DNA from: a virus
Reading direction: 5' to 3' (one strand)
Length of the DNA: 64,000 bases
IMG/VR virus record: IMGVR_UViG_3300036770_005462
Location: 8,103 to 72,102 of that record
Under the pieces are notes generated by a model. The model was given only the letters and a program-made list of their open reading frames with translations. It ran no database searches and was not told the DNA's origin. Within the stretch, counting starts at the first letter, position 1; each line of letters opens with the position of its first letter. Shown here in pieces: positions 17,642-29,300 of this stretch. The position numbers were made by a program, and so were the translations under genes.

Positions 17642-18728
17642 GTTCGAAGAAATTGCTGACGAATACAACCTCGTAGAATATTACGTCGCTGGTCCGTTCT
17701 TCATCGACCATCTCGGCACTATGTCCGACGCGGCAACGGTTGGGCGTATTGCCTCGTGGCTATATGAAGTTCGCGCGGCTGCGGATTCCGTCCCGGCCCT
17801 CAAGCTTACGTCGCACCTGACGGAAACACCGAAGATTACGGACTCCGTGCAGTCCGTTGCGCGGGTGCTGATCAGCGAAACGCCCAAGTACGCCGAAACG
17901 CAGCAGATCAGCCGCTACCTGCTGGTGCAGGACACGCGCAGCGCCACGGAAACGGTTACCCCCAAGACAATTGCCACCAAGACACTGCTGGACGGGCTCG
18001 AAGCGCTGGACGCGGCTTATGTCAGTAAGAAGGCAACCTTACTGGAAGCCGCCCAGATCACGGATTCCGTAACCTTCAGCTCCCAAATTCTGCGGCAGGT
18101 TTTTGACGCTCTGGCCGCGGCGGAGGTGGTTACCCAAGCCGCTCGTGTCGGCATCGAGCTGGACGACGAGCTGGAAATCACCGACGCGGCGCTGCCCAGC
18201 GCCCAGACCTCGTCCAGCGTGACCGAGGATCTCTTGTACGTTGAGGATTCGCTGGTCCCGACGTCTTCCGAAGCGTGGACGGCGAACACCGACGGCTGGC
18301 AGATGAGCAAGTACGACCGGCTCCCCATGGGGGCGTCGCTGGCTGCGCTGGGGGGCTACCGGTACACCGGGGCTCTGACGGGGCTTACCAAGTTTGACCA
18401 AGCGGTGGCGGTGTCCGGGGCCACGTTCACGTCCCTGTGGTCGGATCTTGGCGATGACCATCTCAAACTGCCCCGATCCCTCTATCTGGGATATACAAGT
18501 GAGCAACCACTTACTGTTACAATGTTCGTCACGAAGAGCGGGCAAGACTTCGGCTATCCGTACGTCATGCCCGCGCAGCTGGCCGACTCCATGCTTCCGG
18601 GGCGGCTGATGCTAGGTCGGGGCCTGCGTAGCCGGTACTTCAAGTACCAAGTGGAGAACACGGGCGGTGGTTATTTCTACATCGACACCGCGTTGATCGA
18701 CGCGGACGTCTCGACGAGGCGCATCTAA
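17631..18728 (+). CDS. Virion protein (365 aa)
   Basis: Overlaps the previous gene by 11 nt; its stop is adjacent to the next ATG. Confidence 0.5.
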   Translation: MATEFEEIADEYNLVEYYVAGPFFIDHLGTMSDAATVGRIASWLYEVRAAADSVPALKLTSHLTETPKITDSVQSVARVLISETPKYAETQQISRYLLVQDTRSATETVTPKTIATKTLLDGLEALDAAYVSKKATLLEAAQITDSVTFSSQILRQVFDALAAAEVVTQAARVGIELDDELEITDAALPSAQTSSSVTEDLLYVEDSLVPTSSEAWTANTDGWQMSKYDRLPMGASLAALGGYRYTGALTGLTKFDQAVAVSGATFTSLWSDLGDDHLKLPRSLYLGYTSEQPLTVTMFVTKSGQDFGYPYVMPAQLADSMLPGRLMLGRGLRSRYFKYQVENTGGGYFYIDTALIDADVSTRRI

Positions 18729-20612
18729 ATGCCGTTGCCCCCGCAAGAATTCTTCATCGACAAGGTCTACGACGGCGTCGTAGACGAGCTTGAGCGCCTC
18801 AATACCGACACCGACGAGTACAAGGCCCTCTTCGAGTCCGTGCTGGGGTCACTGGCCGCAGCGCCTTTGCCGGTGCTGCCGCCGATCAGCTCGTTTTCGG
18901 ACCCGGCGGCGCTACCGGCGTCGGCGCTGCTGAACGTCACCAAGCCGACTGGCCCGGCAATCGATCTGGTCGGCATGAACATGCCGGCCGATCCCGCCAC
19001 GCTGGATCTGGCGGCGGATATCGCGGCGCTGATCACCTCGGTGCCGGAATTCAATCCGAGCGTTCTCGGGCTGAATCTCCCCAACGCGCCTGCCCCCATC
19101 GACACCAGCGGCCTGCCGCTGCGCCCCGACGTCGACGGCGCTATTACCCTGCCGGTGGCTCCCGATCTGAGCCTGCCGAGCATGGGTGCGCTCACCCCCA
19201 TCGTCATTCCGGAGTTCGTGTTCCCGACGCTGCCGACGTTCACCGAGACCATGCCGGTGCTGACGGCGCAAGCGCCGGACACGAATGTGGCGTGGGCCGA
19301 GCCTGCCTACGACAGCGAGCAGTTCAACGAGATCTGGCTGCGCGTCAAGGAAATGATGGCGGGCTCGCGTGGCTTGCCCCCGGCCGTCGAAGCCGCCCTG
19401 TTCGAACGCACCCGCGGGCGCGATGCGACCGCTGCATCGACGGCTGTAAAGGAAGCGTACGAGGCGTTTGCTGGCCGCGGCTACTCCATGCCGCCCGGCA
19501 TGCTGGTGAAACAGGTCAACGCGGTCATCGAGGACAGCCAGCTAAAGGCCAACGCGACCAACCGCGAGATCTACATCAAGAGCCACGAACTGCTGATATC
19601 TCAGCTGAACGTCGCTATCGAGCGCGGGCTGGCGCTGGAACAGATCAATTTCCAAGCCTTCACCAACGTGATGACCCGCTTGCTGGACATTACGAAATTC
19701 CGTGTGGAGTCCGCGATCTCTGTGTTCAACGCCGAAGTACAGGCGTTCAACATCCGCACGCAGGCGTACAACGTAGCGGCACAGGTGTTCAAGATCCTGA
19801 TCGACGCCGCACTTACGAAGCTCGAAGAGTTCCGGGCGCGCATCGAGGCGCAGAAAGCCATCGGCCAGCTGAACCAGCAAGTCGTGGACATCTACACCGC
19901 GCAGCTGGGCGCTGTCGAGACCAAGGTCAAAGCCTACGTCGCGACCATGGAAGGCGCGAAAGTGCAGACCGAGATCGTCAAGGCACAGATCGACGCTTAC
20001 CGGGGAGACATCCAAGCCTATGCCGCTCGCCTCGACGCCGACAAGACCCGCTTCGAAGCGTACGAAACACAGGTCAAGGGAGAGTCGGCCAAGGCCGGAA
20101 TCCTCGAAGCTGAAGCCCGGGCCTACGCTTCCCGCGTACAAGCCCTCGACGTAGCCGGCACGCTGTCGATGAAGAAGATCGACGCGAAGATCGAGAAGGC
20201 CAAGCTCGATACGCAGCAGTTCGCGGTGAAGGTCACGGCCGAGCGAGACCGCATAACCGCCCAAGCGGAGCAGTTCCGCGCGCTGGTGTCGAAGTACGCA
20301 GCTGATGTGCAGTCGTATGGCACCGAGCTGCAGAACAACGTCGCCACCCGCGAGCTGGACGTCAAGCGGCTTGAGGCGAGCCTGCGCAACGCCATTGCGC
20401 GGTACGAAGTAGAACTGAAGAAGTACGACGGCGAGACCAGCCGGATCATCGAGCTGGCACGGCTGAATCTGGAAAGCCTGCGGACGATGGCGCAGTACGC
20501 GGCGCAGCTTGCCGCGGGCGCGATGAGCGCGCGGAATATCAGTATGGGTGTATCTGGGCAGGGTCAGGGCTCTGACTCTCTCAACTACAACTACAACTAC
20601 AACTACGCGTAG
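18729..20612 (+). CDS. Coiled-coil internal virion / ejection-like protein (627 aa) ending in NYNYNYNYA
   Basis: The C-terminal 400 aa is heptad-like and Ala/Gln/Glu/Lys rich. The 3' end contains (AACTAC)x4. Confidence 0.5.
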   Translation: MPLPPQEFFIDKVYDGVVDELERLNTDTDEYKALFESVLGSLAAAPLPVLPPISSFSDPAALPASALLNVTKPTGPAIDLVGMNMPADPATLDLAADIAALITSVPEFNPSVLGLNLPNAPAPIDTSGLPLRPDVDGAITLPVAPDLSLPSMGALTPIVIPEFVFPTLPTFTETMPVLTAQAPDTNVAWAEPAYDSEQFNEIWLRVKEMMAGSRGLPPAVEAALFERTRGRDATAASTAVKEAYEAFAGRGYSMPPGMLVKQVNAVIEDSQLKANATNREIYIKSHELLISQLNVAIERGLALEQINFQAFTNVMTRLLDITKFRVESAISVFNAEVQAFNIRTQAYNVAAQVFKILIDAALTKLEEFRARIEAQKAIGQLNQQVVDIYTAQLGAVETKVKAYVATMEGAKVQTEIVKAQIDAYRGDIQAYAARLDADKTRFEAYETQVKGESAKAGILEAEARAYASRVQALDVAGTLSMKKIDAKIEKAKLDTQQFAVKVTAERDRITAQAEQFRALVSKYAADVQSYGTELQNNVATRELDVKRLEASLRNAIARYEVELKKYDGETSRIIELARLNLESLRTMAQYAAQLAAGAMSARNISMGVSGQGQGSDSLNYNYNYNYA

Positions 20613-20620
20613 GTGGGTGG

Positions 20621-23311
20621 ATGAAGAAGGTCAAATCGAACGTCACGCAGGACTTCAACACCAAGCGCGGTCTGCGTATGTACGCGGATGGCGGGCTCGT
20701 CGGCACCGCTGCCACGGGTCTGCGCAACCGGCATAACCAGATCGACGCTGCGGTGAACGGCGCGCCTACGGCGCAGCCCGCGGTGGCGACGAAGCCTGTA
20801 GCGCCCGCTCCTGCGCCGGCCCCCGCAAAGCCCATCGAGAAGCCCGCTCGCGTGTTCGGCGTCCCTATCGGTGGCCCGGTCGGCAGCGCCCTGCGCAAGC
20901 TGGGCATGAAGGACGGCGGCGAGGTGAAGGGCCCCGGCGGTCCGCGGGACGACAAAGTGCCGGCGAAGGGCCCGCAAGGCGAGCGCGTGCAGCTGTCGAA
21001 CGGCGAATATGTGCTGCCGTGGGAGACCGTCGACGCGCTTGGCGGCGCGGAAGAGCTGGACGAGCTGGTACGTGAGACCACGGGCCGCGAGCCCGGCCCG
21101 AAAGTCATTGGCGGCGTGCCGCACGCTGCGGCTGGCTGGGGTCTGAAGAAGGCGCTTGGCAACACCGACGTGGTGGAAGCGACTGCCGCTGATTTCGAAG
21201 CGGCGGGCGGCACCAAGCCCGCCAAGCCGGCGACACCGGTGCAGTCCGCTGCGCCGTCGAACCTCGGTTCCCGGTACGAGGCGTGGCGCAACAAGGCCAC
21301 TAGCGCTCTGCGCCGTGGCATCGACGTCGCTGGGCCGAAGGTGAGAGAAGTCGTCGGCGACCTGCGTGGTGCTGCTTCCGTTGGCGCAGAGGACGGCGCA
21401 GCTGCTGGAAGAGCCGCCGCGGCAAACGTCGGCGGGCGTGTGGGTCCGGCCCTCGGCGCAGTACAGGGTGCGGTGGAGAAAATCCCCGGCGTCGCCCCGT
21501 CGGTGAAGGGCGTGACCGTGGCCGACGCCACGCTGAATGACTTCGCCAAGGCACGTGCTGCCAGCGACCCGGCGTATCAGGACGTTACACAGCGCGCCGC
21601 GGCGAATCGCGCGCGGATGCCGGGCTCGATTGCGTCTTCGACGCAGACTGTGGCCCCCGGTGGTGGTGGCGGAACCCCGCCGTCGCCCCCGGGCGGAGGT
21701 GGCGGAGGTGGTGGCAAGCCCCCGGTAGGCGGCGCGCCGAAGTGGTATCAGCCGTCGGGCTTCGGTGCCAAGGCGTCGACCAAGCTCGTCGGTGCGGCCG
21801 GCAAACTCGGCGCTCCGCTCGCTATTGGCTCCGCAATTCCTGCCACCGCCGACATGGACGTGGACGCGCAAGCGCGGAACATGGGTGTTACGCTCGACCG
21901 CGACAACAGCGCGTGGGACATGGCCAAGGAGTTCTACGTCCGCGGCGCTGGCGCGCTGCGCAACATCGCCAGCAACGCCTCGTTCGGTCTGGTCGATCAA
22001 GCGCCGCGGCTGAACCCGCCCGAAGGCGCGCAACCCGCCGGTCCCGCTCTTGCCGCGGCTGGTCCTGCCGGTGCGAATCCTGACGTGCGTCGGGCGCTGA
22101 TTGATATGGGCGTGGACGATCCGTCGCGTCCGCCGGTGCCGCAGAACATGCGCGGTGACATATTGCGCAGCGCACGTCCTGATCCGGGTGCGTACATCAA
22201 CTTCGGCAACTATGGCGGCAACGCCGACGTGTACGGCACGGCGTCGCGCCCGGGCGGTCGGGTCAACAACTTCGCGGCCTCGGGTGGCCCGGGCAACGGC
22301 CCCGGCTACGACATGCAGCGCAACCTCGAATCCATGGCGCGCGCCAACGCGATTCGACAATCGATGATCGACTCCCAGCCGCAAGGCTCGCCGAGCGAGT
22401 TTCGCGACACGTCCGCAGCAGCCGAGACCGACGCCTTCGGCAAGACTGCAGCGCAGCGGCAGGAAGAGTCGGACGACTACAACTTGCGTCTGGCGATGAC
22501 GCGCGCCGGCAGCGGGCCGATCCCCGCCGGTTTGCGCGCGCAGCAAACGGCCATGTTGAACAACAAGTCCGAAGAAAAGCGCAACGCGCTGGACAACCAG
22601 ACGCGTACCCGCGGGCAGGATTTGTCCTACGACCTCGGCCTGCGCGGCGACCGCACGCAGCAGCGCGGCCAGAACATGACGTACGACCTCGGCATGCGCC
22701 GTGACGACACCGAACGATACGGTGTGGATTCCGTTGCGGGCAGCAACCGCGCGCGCCTGCGGCTCGATGCGGCCAAAGCCAACATGGAAACGGGCGACCG
22801 CCGTGCCACGGTTATGCGCGATGAGCTGAAGGACTTCGTGGGCCTTAACGTCAAAGACGGCAACACGGCCGAGAACCAAGAGCGGTTCAACCGGATCTAC
22901 CGCACGGCTGCAGCAACCGTCGGCAAAAACGGCATCGACCTGTCGCAGCTCGACCCGAACATTCGTACTGAGATCTACAAGCTTGCGGACCGCAAAGAGA
23001 AGATCGACGGCGAAAACGCAGCGCTCATCAACCAGCTGCTTGAATCCGTTGGCGTACGCGGGCGCAGCTTCCGGAGCGACAACGTGCTGGACTACGAGCC
23101 GAATCGCTTCGAGCGCGGGCGCTTCGGCGACACGTACTACTCCAACACCGGCGAGCAGTCGTATCAGCAAGTCGTCGGCGACGGTACGGACAAGGCCGGT
23201 CCGAGCTGGCAAGTGTGGACTGGGCAGACGCCTTCGCTGGAAGGGGCCCGCCGCGCTGACCGGCTTCAACAAGAAGAGCGTGAACGGATTCTTCGTAACG
23301 GGGGTCGTTAA
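20621..23311 (+). CDS. Gly/Pro/Ala-rich internal virion protein (896 aa)
   Basis: Low-complexity tracts such as GGGGGTPPSPPGGGGGGGGKPPVGG are present. Its TAA stop overlaps the next ATG (TAATG). The antisense 889-aa ORF at 20603..23272 is Arg-rich shadow. Confidence 0.55.
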   Translation: MKKVKSNVTQDFNTKRGLRMYADGGLVGTAATGLRNRHNQIDAAVNGAPTAQPAVATKPVAPAPAPAPAKPIEKPARVFGVPIGGPVGSALRKLGMKDGGEVKGPGGPRDDKVPAKGPQGERVQLSNGEYVLPWETVDALGGAEELDELVRETTGREPGPKVIGGVPHAAAGWGLKKALGNTDVVEATAADFEAAGGTKPAKPATPVQSAAPSNLGSRYEAWRNKATSALRRGIDVAGPKVREVVGDLRGAASVGAEDGAAAGRAAAANVGGRVGPALGAVQGAVEKIPGVAPSVKGVTVADATLNDFAKARAASDPAYQDVTQRAAANRARMPGSIASSTQTVAPGGGGGTPPSPPGGGGGGGGKPPVGGAPKWYQPSGFGAKASTKLVGAAGKLGAPLAIGSAIPATADMDVDAQARNMGVTLDRDNSAWDMAKEFYVRGAGALRNIASNASFGLVDQAPRLNPPEGAQPAGPALAAAGPAGANPDVRRALIDMGVDDPSRPPVPQNMRGDILRSARPDPGAYINFGNYGGNADVYGTASRPGGRVNNFAASGGPGNGPGYDMQRNLESMARANAIRQSMIDSQPQGSPSEFRDTSAAAETDAFGKTAAQRQEESDDYNLRLAMTRAGSGPIPAGLRAQQTAMLNNKSEEKRNALDNQTRTRGQDLSYDLGLRGDRTQQRGQNMTYDLGMRRDDTERYGVDSVAGSNRARLRLDAAKANMETGDRRATVMRDELKDFVGLNVKDGNTAENQERFNRIYRTAAATVGKNGIDLSQLDPNIRTEIYKLADRKEKIDGENAALINQLLESVGVRGRSFRSDNVLDYEPNRFERGRFGDTYYSNTGEQSYQQVVGDGTDKAGPSWQVWTGQTPSLEGARRADRLQQEERERILRNGGR

Positions 23312-26300
23312 TGGCGGGGCTTCGGCTTTACTCTCTTCCGCCTGAAGAGGAGCGCCCGCTTACCCCGTACGAACAGGCGGTACGCGGTGTCGATTCCTCG
23401 GGCGGTGAGTTCGGCCGGGGCGTAACTTCTGGCTTGCTTGGCGCTTTCGGTGGCGGCTACAACGCTACTGCGGGTGCCTTTCAGGAAGCGATGGGCGGCG
23501 ACCCCACGCGTTCCTACGACACGTCGCGAGGGCTGCTGCGCCGCGCCGGACAGGCCGCGCCCATCGTCAACAACTGGGACAAGGTCAATGGTGTTGGCGA
23601 CTTTCTCGATTACGCTGCGGGCGCTGCCGGACAAGGACTGGCATCGACGGCTCCGGGCGTAGCGGCGACGCTGCTGACTCGCAGTCCGCGGGTTGGCCTC
23701 GCCACGATGTTTCCGATGGAAATGGGCGAGTCAGTTGCAGCGACTCGCTTTGACCCCAGCATCCAGCAGCCCGACACTGCGACCATGCTGAGTGGCGCGG
23801 CCACTAAAGGCGCAGTGAATACCGCCATCGAGGCGGTGCCGTTCATGAACATCTTTGGTCGCGGTCCGCTGCGCCCGTTGATGAAAGCGGCAACGATGCC
23901 CGCTCGCGCTGGTGGACACATGCTGGCGGAAGGCGGCACCGAGCTGGCGCAACAGCGGGTCGGACAGCTTGCGCAGGACTACATGGTTCCGGGGCGCGAC
24001 ACCAGCGAAGACAACATGGAGTTGCGCGAGGCGTTTCTGCAAGGCACGCTGGGCGCAACCCCGTTCGCTGGCATGTCCCTCGCCGGCCACGCAGCGCGCG
24101 ATGCGGGCGTTGGAATGTCGAGTGCAATCGACAAGCTGTTTCCAGCAAAGGGCGAACCGACGGCGCTGGACGACCTCATCGAGTCGACGAAGAGCGTCGG
24201 TACGAAGCTGAAAGAGAAGTTCGACCCGGTCCTCGGCAAGGACACGGCCGAGACGATGGAGAACCTGCGCAAGCCGGTCGACGTCGACGCGCTGAACGAA
24301 GGCAAGCAGTTCAACCTGATGCGCCCCGGCGTGGACACGGCTGAAGACGACATCAAGAAGAAGCACAGCTTCCTGCGGCAGCAGCTGGGCAACAAGCACA
24401 CGTGGCTGGCCGAGCCGCTGGCGAAGGCGATGGACCGCTACCTACGTGGCGACACGCCGGGCGGCGACGACGCCAAGTTCAAGCAGGCGATCCTTGAAGC
24501 GTTCGACGGCAACGTCGAGCGGGCCAACGGCGTCATGGAACACTTCGCCAAGGCCGTCGAAGACTTCAGCGGCACGCTGGGCGAGCGCACCACGATCTAC
24601 GACACGGCGCGTGAGCCGTCGTGGGGCGACCGCGAGGCAGACGACGACACCGCGGCTGCGCCGGAAGGTCCGGCTATCGAGGAAGGCGGGCAGGAGTACA
24701 CGCCCAAGGCCAACTACCGCTTCGCCGGCACGGGCCGTCTGCGCCCGTACGAGAACCGCGCACAGGCTGGTGCGGCCCGCCGCGCGCTGGGAGCGGCTGA
24801 GGGCTCGAAGGTCAAAGTGCGCACGATGCTCGACTGGGCCCAAGAGCGTGGCAAGGACCCGGACAAGGCCCTGACCGACATGATCGGCGGACTGCGCTAC
24901 GACCTGAACGACATCCAGAAGCGGCTTCAGGATCGCGACATGCCGAAGGAGCAGCGCGAAGACTTGTTGCAACGCAGTAACGAGATCGTGTCGCTGCTGC
25001 GCAAGGCGATCCCGACAACTGACCCCGACACGGGCGAGATCACGGACTCCGCGACCGAGCGGCTGTCGAAGCTGTTCGTGCTGCGCGGCGAGGCTCTGCC
25101 GGCCGACGACCTGACTGCCACGTCGGAAGAGATCGCTGCCTACGCTGACAAGCGCGAGGCGTTTGGCGGGGCCAAGGGCGCGATGGTCAAGTTCCGCGCG
25201 CCGAACGGCAAGGTGCAGAACTTCAACGCGCGGCAGATCCTCGACCTCGGTCTGAAGTCGTGGAGCAAGCGCAACCCGGATCAGAAGTTCGTCGATGGCC
25301 CGGCGCACTGGCGGCGCGTGTATGAAGACGGCATCGCACGGCTGACGAACGCCGGGTACGTCCCGGATCAGTCGGAGCGCAACGGCGCGTTCCGTCCGTC
25401 GCTTGTCGTGCGCGACGGCGAGACCTACGGCGGGCTGGTTGAGAAGACGGCGCAAAGCGGCCAGACATTCGACGCGCTGCGCGACGAACAGTTTGGCGCA
25501 GACGCTGCGGCGGACCAGCGTGCCATCCTGAGCGAGCCGATGCAGGCGTCGCCGCAGGAGATTGCGGCACGTAAAGCGGAGGGCTGGGTTCCGCCGACGG
25601 TGGCTCCGGAAGAACAGAGTTCTGGCCGCGGCGACCGCATGGTCGAGACGAATCTGCTGAACCGCGAGAGCCAGCAGGGACCGGAAGGCAACGTCGGCGA
25701 GGGCTTCGACCCGACGCTGAACACGCTGCGCGATCAGGACCCGGACGGCCCGCGGCTGTTTGACGAGAACATCGTCAACAGCGCGAATCCCGACTTCGCC
25801 CCCGAGCGCCTCGAAGACACGCTGGCCAAGCCATACATGGTTCCGGACAAGCGGGCCAAGGGCGGCGCACGCAAGGCCAAGGGCGAGGAAGTCCGTGTCT
25901 CAGGCGCTCCGCTGGCGCAGCCGCAGGCTGCGACCGGTAGCAACTTGGAGAAGCTGCAGGGGCTGAAGGACCACATCGAGGCGTACCGCGCCAACCTAGA
26001 ACAGCGCGGCATCGACCCGACGAAGGCCCCGACGATGCGCCTGTTGCTCAAGCGCATGGCCGAGCTGGAAGCCGAGCGCACGAAGCTGACGAAGGAAGAC
26101 GTCGCCGCGGAGGAATCCGTAGCCGACACCGCCGCGCGCGAGGAAGCTAACCGTGCGCTCAAGCGGGAAGAGGCTGCGGCCGAGAAAACGCGCATGGCGG
26201 AAGTCACCAAGACACAGGTGATCGAGCCAGCGGAAAAACCCAAGGCTGCTCCAAAGAAATCCAAGAAGAAAGCCAAGGGCTACCGCTACGAGATCAAAGA

Positions 26301-29300
26301 CGACATGACCGAAGACGAGGTCGGCGAGACGCGCCGCCTCGAATTGATCAACGACCTGAAGAAGGCCGGCGGGGTCAACCTGCAGGACGTCATGGACGTT
26401 ATTGGCGAGCGCAAAGCCCGCGGCGTGAAGGTCATGCCGGGGCTGTTCACCAAGACCGGCATGCGCGTCGACATGCTCGCCGAGTGGATGGCCGAGAACG
26501 GCTACATCGCCGACGAGAGCGAGACCGACAAGGCGTGGGACATCGTCCGCGCCGCCACGGACAAGCAGGGCGTCTTCAAGATCGAGGATCAGGACGACCT
26601 CGGCCGTCGCCGCTTCGAAGAGCGGGCGAACAAGGAATACAGCCGGATGGATCTGTCCGGCGGGGCCGGCCAGAAGCTTACGGCCGACGAACGGCAGGCA
26701 CTGATCAAGGAGATCGTGCGGCTGCGCGGCACGCAGCTGCAGATCGCGTTCAAGGAGTTCGCCCAGATGGGTCCGGCCAAGCTGGACGCCAAGGGCAACC
26801 CGATCCTTGACGCCAACGGCGACCCGGTGCGGCAGGGTGCGTCTGGCGAGTGGTCGAAGGACAAGACCGCTGCCCACGCGCAGAAGATCATCACGCTGGC
26901 TGTCGACATTGGCTTTTCCAACGCGATGTCGGTTGCGCACCACGAGGCGGTGCACGACTTCTTCGCGGCGCTGCGCAGTGCGGATTCCTCGCCGGAAATG
27001 CGCAACATCGCCATGACTATCGAGCGTGTTGCGGAATTACCACACATCCGGAAACAGCTCGAAACGCTGCTGAAAAAGCACCCGGAAGCGCTGGAACAGC
27101 TCAAAAACCCTGAAGAGCGCGCAGCCTACCTGTTCCAGTTCTGGAAGGCGGGCCTCATCAAGGATCTGGCTCCATCGGCGCGCAATTGGTTCGAACGTCT
27201 GCTGAAGTTCCTCCGCGACGTGCTGGGCATCGTGTCGCTGGAAGAGAAGGGCGAGAAGCTGATGCTGGCGCTGGACGCCGGCAAGTTCACTGACGCCAGC
27301 ACCGTCGGTCGCGTGGTGGCCCAGATGAAGCTGGAAACCGCCGGCGACAAGCTGCAGCGCGTGGCTCCTGCGCTGTGGCATGTCGGAAACGTCGTCATGG
27401 CGAGCGTCACCGACCGCATGCGGCTGACTGAGGTGCCGGCCATCATGGCAATCGCCGACCGCCTGCACCGGGATGTCAGTCGGCAGACTGGCATGCGGGA
27501 CGACCGCCGCCCGGGGGCTACGAAAGCTGACCGGCGTAACGACCCCACCGAGCAGACCGACTTCCTTGACGCCAAGCAGCGCGCTAGCGGTATCTGGTAC
27601 TCGCAGCTGCTGAACCTGTTTCAGGGGGCCGACAAGTTCCAGATCGCCGACGCGCTGGAAGCGCTGCAGTCGCAGGAAGACAGCACGGACCCGATGGTGG
27701 TCAAGATCCGCGCCTTCCTGAAGCGCTTTCACGAGTACCTGTCGAAGGCTGACGTGATGGTCATGGACGACAGCCCGTACGAGAAGATCGACTCGAAGGG
27801 CAAGACCGTGTGGGTCTCGGGCGACGCAGCGCGGCGCTGGGTCCCGATTGCCGAGCGGCAAGTCGGGAACTACTTCCCGCGTTCGTGGGACCGCGAGAAG
27901 ATCATGGCCCACAAGGACGCGTTCGTGGACCTGATCGTGCAGAAGGGCCGCGAGGGCAACAAGACCGTGACGCGCGAGCGGGCACTGGAAATCTTCGACA
28001 CGATGACCAGCGCCGAGCAGGACGAGATCGCGGACGGCGCGGCGTTCACGCCGTACCTGATGAGCGCCAACACCCGGGCGCTGCGCTTCATTACCAAGGA
28101 CAACGCCAAGGACTTCGCCAAGTTCCAGAAGAAGGACATGGTGGCGATCCTGTCCACGTACACCTATCAGGCCGTGCACCGGGCGGAGTTCACCCGCTAC
28201 TTCGGCCATGACGGGCAGTGGATCAGGGAGAAGCTGGCGGAGGCCGAAGCTCAGGGTGCTACGCCCGAGCAGATGGCGACCGCGCGCAAGGGCGTCGAAG
28301 CCATGCTGGGCTCGCTGGGCCGCGACATGACTGAAGGCACCCGCAAGCTGATGACCTCGCTGATGGCGTACGAGAACATCGTGCTGCTGCCGCTGGCGCT
28401 GGTGAACAACTTCATGGACGTGCTGCAGATCGGGCTGCGTACCGGCGACCTGACCGAGTCATTCAACGCCATGAAGCAGGGGGTCATCGGCTTGAAGCGG
28501 CAGATCATGCGGGAGGGCCCGGACGAAGCCGAGCAGTTCTCGCGCTTGCTGGGCATGATCGACGAGAACGTCGAGCTGGCCAGCTACGGCATGCTGTACG
28601 ACGGTCACTTCATGGGCGGCATGGCGAAGAAGGTCAGCGACAAGTTCTTCCGCTGGAACGGCATGGCGACGTGGAACACGCGCATGCGCGTGGCGGCGAC
28701 GCAGGCCGGGGTGCGCTTCATCGAGCGGCACGCCGACAAGGCGCTGAAGGGTGACGAGCAGTCGATCCGCTGGCTGAAAGAGCTGGGGCTGGAAAAGAGC
28801 GACGTGCGGCGCGACAGCAACGGCAAGCCGATGTTCAAGCGCGAAGACTGGGCGCAGAAGCTGAACAAGCCGGTCGACAGCAAGGAAGTCATCGCCGCCG
28901 CTGACCGCATGCAGAAGGCGCTGTTCCTGTTCGTCGACAGTGCCGTGATCCGGCCCTCCGCGGCGCACCGGCCGATCTGGGGCTCCGATCCGCACTGGAT
29001 GCTGGTGTTCCACCTGAAACAGTTCACGTACAGCTTCCAGCAGGTGGTGCTGAAGTACACCCGCAAGGAACTGCAGCACGGCAACAGCTTCCCGGCCATC
29101 GCACTGATGATGTACGTGCCGTTCGCGATGGTGACCGACCTTACCCGGTCGGCCATCGTCGGACGCCCAATCGACTTCTCGCTAAGTGGGTTAATGGGTA
29201 GCGCAGTACGCAATTCGGCCGTGCTGGGTACTGGCACCTTCGGCATCGACGCGTGGAACGACCTTGGCAAGAATCAGGTGCCGGGCGCGTCGTTCCTCGG

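Noticed and set aside
20603-23272. 889-aa minus-strand ORF opposite the Gly-rich 896-aa gene
   Set aside because: Arg-rich, start-poor antisense frame typical of high-GC DNA. The + strand ORF is co-oriented and translationally coupled with its neighbours.
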